Positions 48,147-59,330 of a DNA stretch of 64,000 nucleotides are shown in pieces. Location: contig CAVSAC010000014.1 in assembly GCA_963725865.1 (NCBI GenBank), positions 416,001-480,000 on the forward strand, in the 5' to 3' direction. Below the pieces are notes generated by a model that worked only from the letters and a program-made list of their open reading frames with translations, was not told where the DNA came from and did not search any database. The stretch's first letter is position 1; every line of letters starts with the position of its first letter. The DNA is from Candidatus Eiseniibacteriota bacterium. Its GTDB lineage: Bacteria; Eisenbacteria; RBG-16-71-46. The translations under genes and the position numbers were made by a program.

Positions 48147-49627
48147 CCGCGACCGTCCAGCAGTGATTCTGTCCGCCTAACGCCGCAGTGATTCTGTCCC
48201 CCCTCAGCCCGTCGACTGGAGACGGGGTTGGGGTTTGAACGTGCGCTTCTTCCACGGGTGGTTCGCGGTGGGCCGGTGGGGTGCGGAGCGCCTTGGGGGC
48301 GCCGCCTGCGAGGCACGACCTCCAACCCGTGGGGTGGGGCGATCGTCGAGCTGAGGCGATCGTCGAGCGTCGATCGCGCGGCGCGGGCGGCGGCGCGAGC
48401 GCGCCGAGGTGCGGGGCACGAGCGTGAACGGACCCGCGGGGGCGGCTCGTTCGAGCACGACGTGATCCTGATCGAGCACCAGCAAGCGGCCATCGAGCAG
48501 TTCGCGTACTTCCACGGTGCGGCCATGGCGACTGGCGTGGTAGGGGCCGGGGGGCAGATCGAGCAGCTGTCCGGCGATCGAGACGGTGTTGTCGCGAGCC
48601 ACCACGCGCGGGTAGCGGCAGGCCAGCAGTCGGTCGAGGTCGCGCGGCGCCCGGCGCCACAGACCCACGCGCTGGCGCGGGGCGCGGCCGAGCCGGCGAT
48701 TGTAGCGGACGATGAAGTCGGGCAGGAACGCGAGCGCCTCGGCCGTGGTGGTGATGCCGTGCAGGGCGAGCTCGGCGGCGAGTCGATCCTGCAGGGTGCG
48801 CCACAGGCGTTCGATGCGGCCCTTGGCCTGCGGGCTGCGAGCCCGGAGGTAGCGGATGCCGAGATCCTCCAGCATCCGACCGAAGTGCGACGGGTGCTGG
48901 CGACCCGCGAGCTCCTCCTCGAGGGTCCAGAAGGGATCGTTGCGCACCGCGATGCTGGTGCCATCGCCATACAGCGCCAGCGGCACGCCGTGGGTGACGA
49001 TCGTCTGCCGCAGCACCGTGGTGTAGCCGTGCAGGTCCTCCTGCCCGCGCAGCGTCAGCGCGAGGATCTCGCCACTGGCGTCGTCGAGCATGCCGACCAG
49101 GGTGAGTGGGGGTTGGTTCAGTCCCAGCCAGTGGAACGGGCTGCCGTCGATCAGGGCCATCGCCCCGCAGCGCGCCTCGCGCTCGCGGCGGCGGCGGTGG
49201 CGTGACGGGCGCCGTCGCTGCTTGGGGGGCAGACCGAGTTCGCGGCGGATGCGTCGCACACTGTCGACGCTGATCGACACTCCGGCCTCCGCCAGCAGGT
49301 CACGCACATGATGGTCGTTCAAGCGCACCGCGCCGCTCAGCAGTTCCACCACCGGCTGGCGCACGGTCACCGCCAGCCGTCGGGGCGAGGGCCGCCCCCG
49401 GTTGCCGTGGACCACCCCACGCGCACCGTGACGCTCGACTTGCCGCTTGAGCCGGCGCAGCTGCCGCGCGCTCAAGCCCAGCGCCTCGGCCGCCTCGCCA
49501 TTGGTGAGCTTCCCTCGCAGCGCGGCCTCCACCACCCCCAACCGCCGGGCCTCTCGCACTCCCATGCTCAGGTCATCCATGGGGAGGACACTTTCACAGA
49601 CCGGGGTGGCGCCGCACCCGGTCGCGG
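48147..49627 (-). mobile_element. ISNCY/IS1202-like insertion sequence (ends approximate)
   Basis: cagtgattctgtcc occurs twice at the 3' end (48161, ~48185) and has an imperfect inverted copy (ggacactttcacag) just upstream of the transposase ATG; 9-bp inverted pair ccgcgaccg (48147) / cggtcgcgg (49619). Confidence 0.7.
48204..49580 (-). CDS. DDE transposase (ISNCY/IS1202/IS481-like)
   Basis: HTH (EAAEALGLSARQLRRL), HGNRG, DGSPFHW, DDASG, YGD, SPQAKGRIERLWRTLQDRL, HPW near the C-terminus. Confidence 0.92.
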   Translation of the reverse strand: MDDLSMGVREARRLGVVEAALRGKLTNGEAAEALGLSARQLRRLKRQVERHGARGVVHGNRGRPSPRRLAVTVRQPVVELLSGAVRLNDHHVRDLLAEAGVSISVDSVRRIRRELGLPPKQRRRPSRHRRRREREARCGAMALIDGSPFHWLGLNQPPLTLVGMLDDASGEILALTLRGQEDLHGYTTVLRQTIVTHGVPLALYGDGTSIAVRNDPFWTLEEELAGRQHPSHFGRMLEDLGIRYLRARSPQAKGRIERLWRTLQDRLAAELALHGITTTAEALAFLPDFIVRYNRRLGRAPRQRVGLWRRAPRDLDRLLACRYPRVVARDNTVSIAGQLLDLPPGPYHASRHGRTVEVRELLDGRLLVLDQDHVVLERAAPAGPFTLVPRTSARSRRRPRRAIDARRSPQLDDRPTPRVGGRASQAAPPRRSAPHRPTANHPWKKRTFKPQPRLQSTG

Positions 49628-49710
49628 GCCTATGCTCGGCGGGCGCGGGTGTGGGCGCCACGCCCGCGAACCGCATGCTCACCGGTCGCTGGCAGGTCCC
49701 CTTGCAGACG

Positions 49711-51174
49711 ATGCCCGATGCCTCCGCGCTCTCACCGCCGGCTTCCCGCGCCGGCCGTGGGATCGTCCTCGCCCTGGTGCTGCTCGTGGCGCTGGCGCTG
49801 CGCATCCGCGAGGCGGCGGGCACCCACCTGTGGTTCGACGAGCTCTACCTCGTCATGGTGGCGCGTCACTCGTGGCTCGGCGTGGTGCAGCTGGTCGCCC
49901 ACGACATCCACCCGCCGCTCTACTTCCTGCTGATCAAGGGCTGGATCGCCCTCGGGGGCACCGGCGAGGCGTGGCTGCGCGCGCCCTCGATCGCGTTCGG
50001 ACTCGGGAGCCTGGTGGCCACGTTCGAGCTCGGCCGGCGGCTGCGGAGCGGGCGCACCGGCCTGGTCGCCGCCGCCCTGTTGGCGCTGGACAGCGCGCAC
50101 GTCCGCTACTCGCAGGACGTGGAGTCGTACGCGCTGATGTGGGTGCTCGCGCTGATGGTCGCCCTGTCGGCGGTGGCGTGGGTGCAGGAGCGCCGCGGCC
50201 GCGACGCCCTGATGCTGATGGCCGCCGCCGTGATCGGGGCCTACACGCACTACCTGATGCTCGCGGTCTTCCTCGTCACCGTGCTGTGGGGCGTCGCGGT
50301 GCTGCACGACGATCGGCGCGCACTCGTGCGCTGGCTCGGCTTCGCCGCGTTGGTGCTGGCGCTGTTCGTCCCGCAGGTCCCCACCGTGATCAGGCAGCTC
50401 GCGCAGGAGGACTGGGGCGGCCACTACCACTGGCCGAGCGTGGACGGGCTGGTGGGTCTGGGGCGCGTGGCTTCGGGCGGAGCGACCTACCTGCTGCCGG
50501 TGTTCGCGCTGCTCGCGCTGCTCGCGCTCGTCAACGCCGAGCGTCGCTGGACCACGGCGCTGCTCGTAATGCTGTGCTGCCTGCTGCCGCTCACCACGCG
50601 GGCCTGGGCGTTCGTGCTGAACCGCGACCTGCTGGTGCTGGTCCCGTTCTGGGTCCTGCTCGCCGCGGCCGGGCTCGAGCAGATCACGTGGCGGCGCGCC
50701 GGCATCGTCGCGACCGGGCTCCTGCTGCTGCTCGCGGCACGCGCGTCGTGGATGCACCACCGCTTCGACGAGCCGCGCGAACTCGCGCGCGCGGCCAGCG
50801 TGATCACGCGCGACGCGCCGCAGGACGCGATCCTCCTCCACTCCGAGACGCACTCGCTCCTCTACTTCGCCTTCTATCAGCCGAGCGCGCGCAATCGCCT
50901 GCTGTTTCCTGCGGGACAGCACGTGCACTTCTCCGACGGCGGACTGGTGGTCGACGACTCGCTGCTGATCAGCCCCGAGGCGTTCCTGGCTGAGCGCGCC
51001 CGCGGGGTCCCCTGGTGGGGCGTGCACTGCGACCGCGCGTTCGTGCGGCACGGGGTGGTGGAACGCGCGGGTCAGCCGCCGGAGGAGCTGATGGATTCGC
51101 TGGCCACCGGACGGCACTGGTCGTTCCCGCCGGTTCAGGTCTGGGAAGGCGCGCCGCGCGCGATTCCGCGTTGA
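49711..51174 (+). CDS. GT-C family (GT39/PMT-like) membrane glycosyltransferase
   Basis: LWFDE, HPPLYF, YSQDVESYAL, YTHY, many TM segments. Confidence 0.82.
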   Translation: MPDASALSPPASRAGRGIVLALVLLVALALRIREAAGTHLWFDELYLVMVARHSWLGVVQLVAHDIHPPLYFLLIKGWIALGGTGEAWLRAPSIAFGLGSLVATFELGRRLRSGRTGLVAAALLALDSAHVRYSQDVESYALMWVLALMVALSAVAWVQERRGRDALMLMAAAVIGAYTHYLMLAVFLVTVLWGVAVLHDDRRALVRWLGFAALVLALFVPQVPTVIRQLAQEDWGGHYHWPSVDGLVGLGRVASGGATYLLPVFALLALLALVNAERRWTTALLVMLCCLLPLTTRAWAFVLNRDLLVLVPFWVLLAAAGLEQITWRRAGIVATGLLLLLAARASWMHHRFDEPRELARAASVITRDAPQDAILLHSETHSLLYFAFYQPSARNRLLFPAGQHVHFSDGGLVVDDSLLISPEAFLAERARGVPWWGVHCDRAFVRHGVVERAGQPPEELMDSLATGRHWSFPPVQVWEGAPRAIPR

Positions 51175-51209
51175 TCGCGCCGCGGGGACAGCGCTCGAAC
51201 GGAGGTCGC

Positions 51210-51767
51210 ATGCGCTCGTGCCTGGGCATCTTCCTGATCCTCGGCTTCGGGGGCCTCGGGCCGGAGCGCGGAGTCGCCGCCCCCGGGCCGGACGCGACCT
51301 TCACGCTCGGCTCGCCGGCATTCGCGCCGGGCGGCGCGATCCCGCGACGCCATACCCCCCAGGGCGCGGATCGCCCGCCCGCGCTGCAGTGGCGCGGCGC
51401 CCCGGCCACAACGCGCGCGTTCGCCCTGATCGTGCACGACCCCGACGCGCCGGATCCGGCCTCGCCGAAGGTGGACTGGGTGCACTGGGTGATCTACGAC
51501 CTGCCCGCCACCACCACGGCGCTGCCGGAGGGGTACGCCCCGCCGGCGCGCGGGCCGGCACGGCCTGGCCGCAACGATTGGGGCGACCCTCGGTGGCGCG
51601 GCCCCGATCCGCCGGTGGGACGCCATCGGTACTTCTTCCGCCTGATCGCCCTCGATGCACCGCTCGGCGACCTGCACGAGCCCCGGCGAAGCCAGCTCGA
51701 ACGCGCGATGAGCGGCCACGTGCTCGGCATCGCCGAGCTGGTCGGGACCTACCAGCGCCGACCCTGA
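51210..51767 (+). CDS. YbhB/YbcL (PEBP) family protein
   Basis: SPAF, HDPDAP, WVHW, GPDPPVGRHRYFF. Confidence 0.92.
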   Translation: MRSCLGIFLILGFGGLGPERGVAAPGPDATFTLGSPAFAPGGAIPRRHTPQGADRPPALQWRGAPATTRAFALIVHDPDAPDPASPKVDWVHWVIYDLPATTTALPEGYAPPARGPARPGRNDWGDPRWRGPDPPVGRHRYFFRLIALDAPLGDLHEPRRSQLERAMSGHVLGIAELVGTYQRRP

Positions 51768-51931
51768 GCGGCGCGGTCCCGCCGCGGCGTCGCACCCGCC
51801 GGAAAGCGCGCTCCGGAGCGCTTTCCGCCGCGGCGGCCCGCGGTGTACCGTGCATCGTCCATGAACCCGGGCCCGGGATTGTGGCCTCTCCACCCCGCCG
51901 GATCACCTCGACCCATTCCCGGAGACGACGG

Positions 51932-53470
51932 ATGACATCCCGACTCGACGAACTCAAGACGCGGCTGCGGGAGATCACCGACCTGCACGGGGCGGCCGCG
52001 GTCCTGCGCTGGGATCAGGCGACGTACATGCCCCCGGGAGGCGCCGAGGCGCGCGGCCGGCAGACGGCGCTGCTGAGCCGGCTCGCGCACGAGCGCTTCG
52101 TCGATCCGGCGATCGGCCGGCTGCTGGAGCAGGTCGAGCGCGAAGTGGCCGGGAGGCCGTTCGACTCCGACGAGGCGTCGCTGGCGCGGGTCACGCGGCG
52201 CGACTTCGACCTCGCGGTGAAGGTGCCGCCCGCGTTCGTCTCCGAGATGGACGAGCACGCCGCCCGCACCTACCAGGCGTGGACCGCGGCGCGACCGGCG
52301 AACGACTTCACGCGCGTGCTCCCGCTGCTCGAGCGCACGCTCGAACTGTCGCGGCGCCTCGCCGACTGCTTTCCCGGCTACCGCTGCATTGCCGACCCGC
52401 TGATCGCGTTCTCGGACTACGGCATGGAGGCCGCCACCGTGCGCGCGCTGTTCGCCGCATTGCGCGAGCGCCTCGTGCCGCTGGTGCGCGCGATCGCCAG
52501 CCGGCCGGCCGCCGACGACGCGTGCCTGCACCAACACGCCCCCGAAGCCGCGCAGCTGGCGTTCGGGCTCGCGGTGATCCAGCGCTACGGCTACGACCTC
52601 GAGCGCGGCCGCCAGGACAAGACCCACCATCCGTTCATGACGAAGTTCTCGCTCGGCGACGTCCGCATCACGACCCGCGTGCGCGAGGACGCGCTGACCG
52701 ACGCCCTCTTCAGCACGCTGCACGAGTGTGGGCACGCCCTCTACGAGCAGGGCATCGATCGCGCGTTCGAGGGCCTGCCGCTGGCGAACGGCGCCTCGTC
52801 GGGCGTGCACGAGAGCCAGTCGCGGCTGTGGGAGAACGTGGTCGGTCGCAGCCTCGGCTTCTGGCGCGGGATGTACCCGGAGCTGCAGCGCGGATTCCCG
52901 CGCCAGCTCGGGCCGGTCCCGCTCGAGGTGTTCTACCGCGCGATCAACAAGGTCGAGCGCTCGCTCATCCGCACCGACGCCGACGAGGTGACGTACAACC
53001 TGCACGTCATGATGCGCTTCGACCTGGAGCTCGACCTGCTCGAGGGCCGGCTCGCCGTCCGGGACCTGCCGGCGGCGTGGCGCGCGCGCAGCGAAGCCGA
53101 TCTCGGCATCGCGCCCTCCGACGATCGCGACGGTGTGATGCAGGACGTGCACTGGTTCGCGGGACCGATCGGCGGGCAGTTCCAGGGCTACACGCTCGGC
53201 AACGTCCTCTCCGCCCAGTTCCACGCCGCCGCGGTGCGAGCGGTGCCCGGCATCCCGGCCGCGATCGAGCGGCGCGAGTTCGACGCCCTGCACGGCTGGC
53301 TGCGCGAGCACGTGTACCGGCACGGCGCGAAGTTCACCGCCGCCGAGTTGGTGCCGCGTGCGACCGGCGAGGCGCTGCGCATCGAGCCCTACCTCGACTA
53401 CCTGTGGGGCAAGTATCAGCCCCTGTACGGGCTGCGCGACGAGGAGCGCCACTCGGCCGCCGTCGTCTGA
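51932..53470 (+). CDS. Carboxypeptidase M32 (Taq-like)
   Basis: WDQ.TYMP, HPF, DVRITTR, HECGHALYEQG, HESQS, IRTDADE, QDVHW. Confidence 0.95.
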   Translation: MTSRLDELKTRLREITDLHGAAAVLRWDQATYMPPGGAEARGRQTALLSRLAHERFVDPAIGRLLEQVEREVAGRPFDSDEASLARVTRRDFDLAVKVPPAFVSEMDEHAARTYQAWTAARPANDFTRVLPLLERTLELSRRLADCFPGYRCIADPLIAFSDYGMEAATVRALFAALRERLVPLVRAIASRPAADDACLHQHAPEAAQLAFGLAVIQRYGYDLERGRQDKTHHPFMTKFSLGDVRITTRVREDALTDALFSTLHECGHALYEQGIDRAFEGLPLANGASSGVHESQSRLWENVVGRSLGFWRGMYPELQRGFPRQLGPVPLEVFYRAINKVERSLIRTDADEVTYNLHVMMRFDLELDLLEGRLAVRDLPAAWRARSEADLGIAPSDDRDGVMQDVHWFAGPIGGQFQGYTLGNVLSAQFHAAAVRAVPGIPAAIERREFDALHGWLREHVYRHGAKFTAAELVPRATGEALRIEPYLDYLWGKYQPLYGLRDEERHSAAVV

Positions 53471-53628
53471 ACCGACGGCGACGGCGGCGCCCGTCCGGGG
53501 CGGGAGCGCTGCCGGTGCTCCGGGGGTTCTGCTACACTTCGTCGCCGCATCGCCAGCCCCTGCGCGGCGAGCGAAGCGTGGGCCCGCCCGTCCCCGCGGG
53601 TGCCGGCCACCCCTACCCTCGGAGTCCC

Positions 53629-56587
53629 ATGACAGCGCCACGGGTGACCGTCCCTCGGTGTCTCGCGCTCGTCGCGACCGCGCTCCTGCTGGCCCGTGCC
53701 CTCGTGCCCGTGCCCGCGGGAGCCCACGGAATCCATCCGCACGACGCGGGCGAGGACGCGGTCCTGGAGCGCATGGTTCCAGCCGCGCCGGTACCGGCCG
53801 CGCTTCCCGGCGTGCCGGTCGACGCGCAGGCGCAGAAGCGGCTCTACATCGCGAACGACGACCACACCGACTACATGTGGAGCGCCGACGACGCAGCGTA
53901 TCGCACCATCCTGCCGGAGATGCTCGACCGCTATCTGGCGCAGGCCGAGTCGACCGCCACCGATCCGGCCGATCAGCGCGGGCGATTCAACACCGACGGC
54001 ACGCTCTGGGTGTGGGAGTACGAGCGCAGCCGCACGCCCGCCGAGGTGCAACGGTTGTGGAATCACGTCCGCGCCGGCGACGTCACGGTCCCGCTCAACA
54101 CCTGCGTGCAGCTCTACGGCGCCATGCCGACCGAGGCGGTGATCCGCAGCCTCGCGTACGCCGGTCAGCTCGAGCGGCGCGAGAACCTGCGTTTCACGCT
54201 GGTGGTGCCGATGGAGGACCAGACGATGCCGGGTGGCGTCGCGTCGCTGTGGGCCGGCTGCGGGGCGCGTTACGCGTGGAAGGGGATCTGCAACTGCGCG
54301 ACGCAGATCGAGGCCTACGACCGGCCGCGCGAGATCTATCACTTCGCCGGCCCTGACGGTCAGTCGGTGCTCATGAAGTGGAACTCCTCGCCGAGAGGGA
54401 GCGCCTCGCAGGGCGGGTACGCCGAGGCGCGCGATCCCGCGGCGGCCGTGAACTACCTCGACACCGATCCCGGCTTCCTCGCGCGCTGGCCGTGGCCGGT
54501 CGCGGCGGCGTTCGGCTACGGCTGGGACGACGTCCAGTCGTACACCACCGCGTTCCTGACCGCCGCTCGCGACCTCACCGACGCCAGCCGGCGGGTGATC
54601 GTCTCGAACGAGGTCGATTTCTTCCAGGACTTCGAGGCGGCGTACGGCGCCTCGCTGCCGGCCTACGGAGCCTCGTTCGGAAACGAGTGGGAGCTGTTCG
54701 ACGCCTCGCTCGCGGCCGCGACCGCCCGCGCCAAGCGCGGCGTCGAGAAGCTGCGCACCGCGGAGGCGCTCGCTTCGCTCGCGGCGCTGCACGATCCCTC
54801 GGTGCTGTCCGGGCTCACGAGCGCGCGCGACAGCATGGAGCTCGCGTGCGGGCTCTACTACGAGCATTCGTGGGGACCCGGACCGGGAGTGACGGACGCC
54901 CAGCGCCGAAACTGGCAGCGCCGCATGGCCGACGCCCTGGCGTCGTACGCCGACACCCTGCAGGCGCGCTCGCTCCGGCGGGTCGCGGCGCTGGTGGCCG
55001 CGCCCGGCACCGACGAGCGCCACGTCGTCTTCAACCCGCTCTCGTGGGCGCGCACCGACGTGGTCGACCTCGCGGTGAGCACGGCGGCGCCGCTGCACGT
55101 GGTGGACGTCGCGACCGGACAGGAGGTCGAGAGCCAGCCCGTGACGGTCGACGGCCAGCCCCGCGTGCGCATCCTGGCGAGCGGCGTGCCCTCGGTGGGA
55201 TATCGCGTCTACGCGGTGGTGCCGGGCCCGGGTGCCGGCTTCCCCGACGCCGCGACCGTCGCGGGCAGCGCGATCGACAACGGACTGTACCGGGTCACGC
55301 TCGGCGCACGTGGCCAGCTCACGAGCGTGATCGACCACAAGGATGGCGATCGCGAGCTGGTCGCCGCCGGCCAGTCGGTGCTCGACCTCGGATCGGGCGG
55401 CGGCACCGTCACCGTCGAGAGCAGCGGTCCGGTGTCGGTGACGTTGCGCGTGGTGGCCGGCGGCGCCCCGGCGCACGACGCCCGCGTGACGCTGTACAAG
55501 GGCCTCGACCGGATCGACTACGACGGCCACGTCACCCAGAACTTCGCGAACCAGGTCGGCTACACGTCGACGTTCTCGTTCACGTCGCCGCTGACCCGGC
55601 ACGAGGAGGTCGGCATGATCGCGCGGGTCGCGCGCATCGCGCAGGGCGGCGACTACGCGAACGAGAACACGCGCACCGACTGGCTCACGCTCAACCACTT
55701 CGTCGACATGGGCGAGACCACGCGCGGCGTGACGCTGTCGGCGACCGACAGCCCGTACTTCAAGCTCGGCGCCAGCACGCCAACCACGCTCGACGCGGGC
55801 AGCTCCCGCATCACCACGGTGGTCGGCATGCAGGTCGACGGCGCGGGGTTCGGCATCGCGAATCAGGGCGGCGACTCCCAGTTCGGCTGCCGCTACGCGC
55901 TGCGCACGCGCGGCGCATGGGATCCCGCCGCGGCGATGCGGTTCGCGCTCGAGCACCAGGACCCGCTGGTCGCGGGCCCGGTGACCGGCGGACCGGCGGC
56001 GCCGCTGCCGCAGGCCACCTACTCGCTGCTCGCGCTCGACGAGCCCGACGTGCTGATGTGGGCGCTGAAGCCGGCGGACGAGGGCATCGACCACGGGCTG
56101 ATCGTGCGCGCCTGGAACCTGGCGGACGCCGCGCGCACCGCCACCCTCAGCCTGCCGGGGCTCGGCATCGCGGCGGCCAGCACGACCACGCACATCGAGA
56201 CCGACGCCGGGATCGCGTCGGTGCCCGGTGGCGTGCTGCCGGCGACGCTTCGCGCGCCAGCAGCTGCGCACCTGGCGGCTGTTCCCCGACACCTCGCTCG
56301 GGGTCCCGCCCGGCGGGCTCATCGCGTTCGACCTGGCCGTCTTCCCGAATCCGGCCGGCCGCGCCGGCGCCGCCCACCTCGCATTCCGGCTCCCGGCCAG
56401 CGCGCCCACCCGGCTGAGCGTGCACGACCTGCGCGGAGCGCGGGTGGCGAGCGTGGACTACGGCGTGCTCGGCGCCGGCAGCCACCTGCTGGAATGGAGC
56501 CCGGGCGCGCTGCGGCCCGGCGTCTACTTCCTGCGCGTCGACGCGGGCGGGCTCAGCGCCACCCGACGGATCGCCGTGGTCCAGTAA
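53629..56587 (+). CDS. Secreted GH38-like (alpha-mannosidase-fold) hydrolase with C-terminal FlgD/T9SS-like domain; +1 frameshift near 56248-56250
   Basis: Signal peptide, DDHTDYMW, YYEHSWG, VFNPLSWAR, ALKPADEG, RAWN. Removing one base at acgcttcgcg joins to FARQQLRTWRL...FPNPA...HDLRGARV...GVYFLRV. Confidence 0.75.
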
Positions 56588-56661
56588 GCGGCGCCGCGCC
56601 GGCTCGCGGGCGCGACGGGGCTGCGCTAGACTTCCCGCTGCCGATTCCAACCGGAGGTCTC

Positions 56662-57883
56662 ATGCCCGACTCGCCCCGACTCTCCCGGCGCGCGCAACAG
56701 ATGCCGGCCTCGCCGATCCGCCGGCTCGCGCCGTTCGCGGTCGCCGCCCGCAAGGCGGGCAAGACCGTCTATCCGCTCAACATCGGCCAGCCCGACATCC
56801 CGACCCCGCGGGCCATCCTCGATCGCATCCGCGCGTTCGACCTGCCCAACGTCGCGTACGGACCTTCGCAGGGCCTGCCGGAGTTCGTCGAGGCGCTGCG
56901 CACCTACTACGCCGGCGTCGGGCTCGCGCTCGAGTCCAGCCAGATCTTCGTCACCACCGGCGGCAGCGAGGCGATCCTGCTCACGCTCGGCGCGGTGTGC
57001 GACCCCGGCGACCAGGTGCTGGTGTTCGAGCCGTTCTACACCAACTACAACGGCTTCGCGGGCATGATGAGCGTGGAGCCGGTGCCGGTCACGACGCGCG
57101 CCGAGGACGGCTATCACCTGCCGTCGCGCGCCGCGATCGAGGCGCAGCTCGGACCCCGCGTGAAGGCGATCCTCATCTGCTCGCCGAACAACCCGACCGG
57201 CACGGTGTACACCGACGCCGAGATCGAGATGGTCGCGGCGATCTGCCGCGAGCGCGGGCTCTACCTGATCGCCGACGAGGTCTACCGCGAGTTCGTCTAC
57301 GACGGGCGCCGGCACCGCTCGGTGCTGACGCTGCCCGGCATGGACGACCTGGTGGTGGTGGTGGACTCGGTCTCGAAGCGCTATTCCCTGTGTGGCGTGC
57401 GGGTCGGCAACATCGTCAGCCGCAACCCCGTGCTGATGGACGCGATCCTGCGCTTCGGCCAGGCGCGGCTGTGCCCGCCGACGCTCGGCCAGTGGGCGTG
57501 CACCGCGCTCACCCAGGTGCCGCCGGAGTACATCCGCGGCGTCATCACCGAGTACCAGAAGCGCCGCGACGTGGTGTGCGACGCCCTGCAGGCGATCCCG
57601 GGCGTGCTGCTGCGCAAGCCCGAGGGCGCGTTCTACATCTGCGCGCGCCTGCCAGTCGACGACGCGAACGCGTTCGCCGAGTACCTGCTCAAGGACTTCG
57701 CGCTCGACGGCGAGACCGTGATGGTGGCCCCCGCCGACGGCTTCTACGCCACGCCCGGCCTCGGCCGCGACGAGGTGCGCATCGCGTACGTGCTCGAGGA
57801 GAAGAAGCTGCGCCGCGCGATGACCGATCCTCGCCGCGGCGCTGGTGGCGTACCCGGGGCGCGTCGCGGCGGCGAAGGCGTAG
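56662..57883 (+). CDS. PLP-dependent aminotransferase class I/II; +1 frameshift near 57824-57826
   Basis: ASPIRRL, LNIGQPD, TTGGSEA, SPNNPTG, DEVYREF, DSVSKRYS.CG.R.G, PEGAFY, EVRIAYV. Removing one C gives MTILAAALVAYPGRVAAAKA* (TAG at 57881-57883). Confidence 0.9.
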
Positions 57884-57982
57884 CCGACCGCGCTGCGCTC
57901 GACGACGCAGGGCGCCCGGTTGTGCGACGGGGTGCCACGCCGATTGGTCGCGCCCGCGTCGATGCCGTAAGCTGCGCCGCCC

Positions 57983-59320
57983 ATGACCCCGCACACCTCG
58001 ACGCCCGTCACCTCGCGCACCGTGATCCACACGTGGTGGCCGCTCGCGGCCTCGTGGCTGCTCATGGGACTCGAGCTGCCGATGGTGAGCGCGATCATCG
58101 CGCGATTGCCCGACGCCAGGGTGCACCTGGCGGCCTACGGCGGCGTGGTGTTCCCGACCGCGCTCATGATCGAGGCGCCGGTGGTGATGCTGCTGTCGGC
58201 CTCCACCGCGCTGTCGCGCGACGATGCCTCCTACCGGCTGGTCCGGCGCTTCATGCTGGGCCTCGGCATCGCGTTCACCGCGCTGCACGCGCTGGTGGCT
58301 TTCTCCCCGCTGTACGACGTGCTCGCCGGCGGCCTGCTCGGCGTGCCCGCGGCGGTGCGCGAGCCGGCGCGGCTCGGGCTGCGGATCATGACGCCGTGGA
58401 CGATGTCGATCGCGTACCGGCGCTTCCAGCAGGGCGTGCTCATCCGCTTCGGGCGCCCGCAGGCGGTGAGCATCGGCACCGCGGTGCGACTGGGCGCCAA
58501 TGCGATCGTGCTGGCGGTCGGCGCGGCGCTCGGCACGCTGCCCGGGATCGCCGTGGGCACCGCCGCGATCGCCACCGGCGTGGTGGCCGAGGCGGTCTAC
58601 GCCGGCATCGCGGTGCGTCCGGTGCGGCACGGCGCGCTGCTCGCCGCCCCCGCCGTGAGCCCGGCGCTCACGCCGGCCGCGTTCCTGCGCTTCTACGTGC
58701 CGCTGATGATGACGCCGATGATCGCGTTCCTCGGGGCACCACTCACCAGCGCCGCGATGAGCCGCATGCCGCTGGCGCTCGAATCGCTGGCGGCGTGGCC
58801 GGTGGTGAACGGACTGGTCTTCACCATGCGCAGCGTCGGCTTCGCGTTCAACGAGGTCGTGGTGGCGCTGCTCGACCGCCCGCGGGCGCTGGCGCCGTTG
58901 CGGCGCTTCGCCTCGGCGCTCGGCATCGGGGCCTCGGCGATGCTGCTGGTGTTCGCGGCCACCCCGGTGGGCACGCTGTGGCTCACGCGGGTGTCGGCGC
59001 TGCCCCGCGACCTGGCCGCGCTGGGATCGGTCGCGCTGTGGCTCTCGCTGCCGCTCGGGATGCTCAATGCCCTGCAGAGCCTCTACCAGGGCGCGATCGT
59101 CCACAGCCGCGCCACCCGCGCGGTGACCGAATCGGTGGTGGTGTTCATCCTGGTGACCGGCGCCGTGCTCGGCGCCGGGGTGGCGATCCAGCGCGGACCC
59201 GGCCTGTGGACCGCGAGCGTGGCGCTGGTGGTCGGCAACCTCGCGCTGGTGGCGTGGCTGTGGTCGCGCGCGCGCGCGACGATGCGCGACCTGGCGCGGC
59301 TCGAAGCGCTCGCCGCCTAG
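57983..59320 (+). CDS. MATE/ANKH-like polytopic membrane protein
   Basis: Two internal repeats (WWPLAASWLLM / FYVPLMMT; LAAYG / LAAWP; YRRFQQG / SLYQG), about 12 TM segments. Confidence 0.75.
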   Translation: MTPHTSTPVTSRTVIHTWWPLAASWLLMGLELPMVSAIIARLPDARVHLAAYGGVVFPTALMIEAPVVMLLSASTALSRDDASYRLVRRFMLGLGIAFTALHALVAFSPLYDVLAGGLLGVPAAVREPARLGLRIMTPWTMSIAYRRFQQGVLIRFGRPQAVSIGTAVRLGANAIVLAVGAALGTLPGIAVGTAAIATGVVAEAVYAGIAVRPVRHGALLAAPAVSPALTPAAFLRFYVPLMMTPMIAFLGAPLTSAAMSRMPLALESLAAWPVVNGLVFTMRSVGFAFNEVVVALLDRPRALAPLRRFASALGIGASAMLLVFAATPVGTLWLTRVSALPRDLAALGSVALWLSLPLGMLNALQSLYQGAIVHSRATRAVTESVVVFILVTGAVLGAGVAIQRGPGLWTASVALVVGNLALVAWLWSRARATMRDLARLEALAA

Positions 59321-59330
59321 CTCCGCCGGC

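Noticed and set aside
49690..49705. TGGCAGGTCCCCTTGC as a sigma54 promoter
   Set aside because: GG to GC spacing is 11 nt, not the required 10.
51800..51827. Hairpin cggaaagcgc...gcgctttccg as a terminator or REP element
   Set aside because: No U-tract and no second copy seen in the window.
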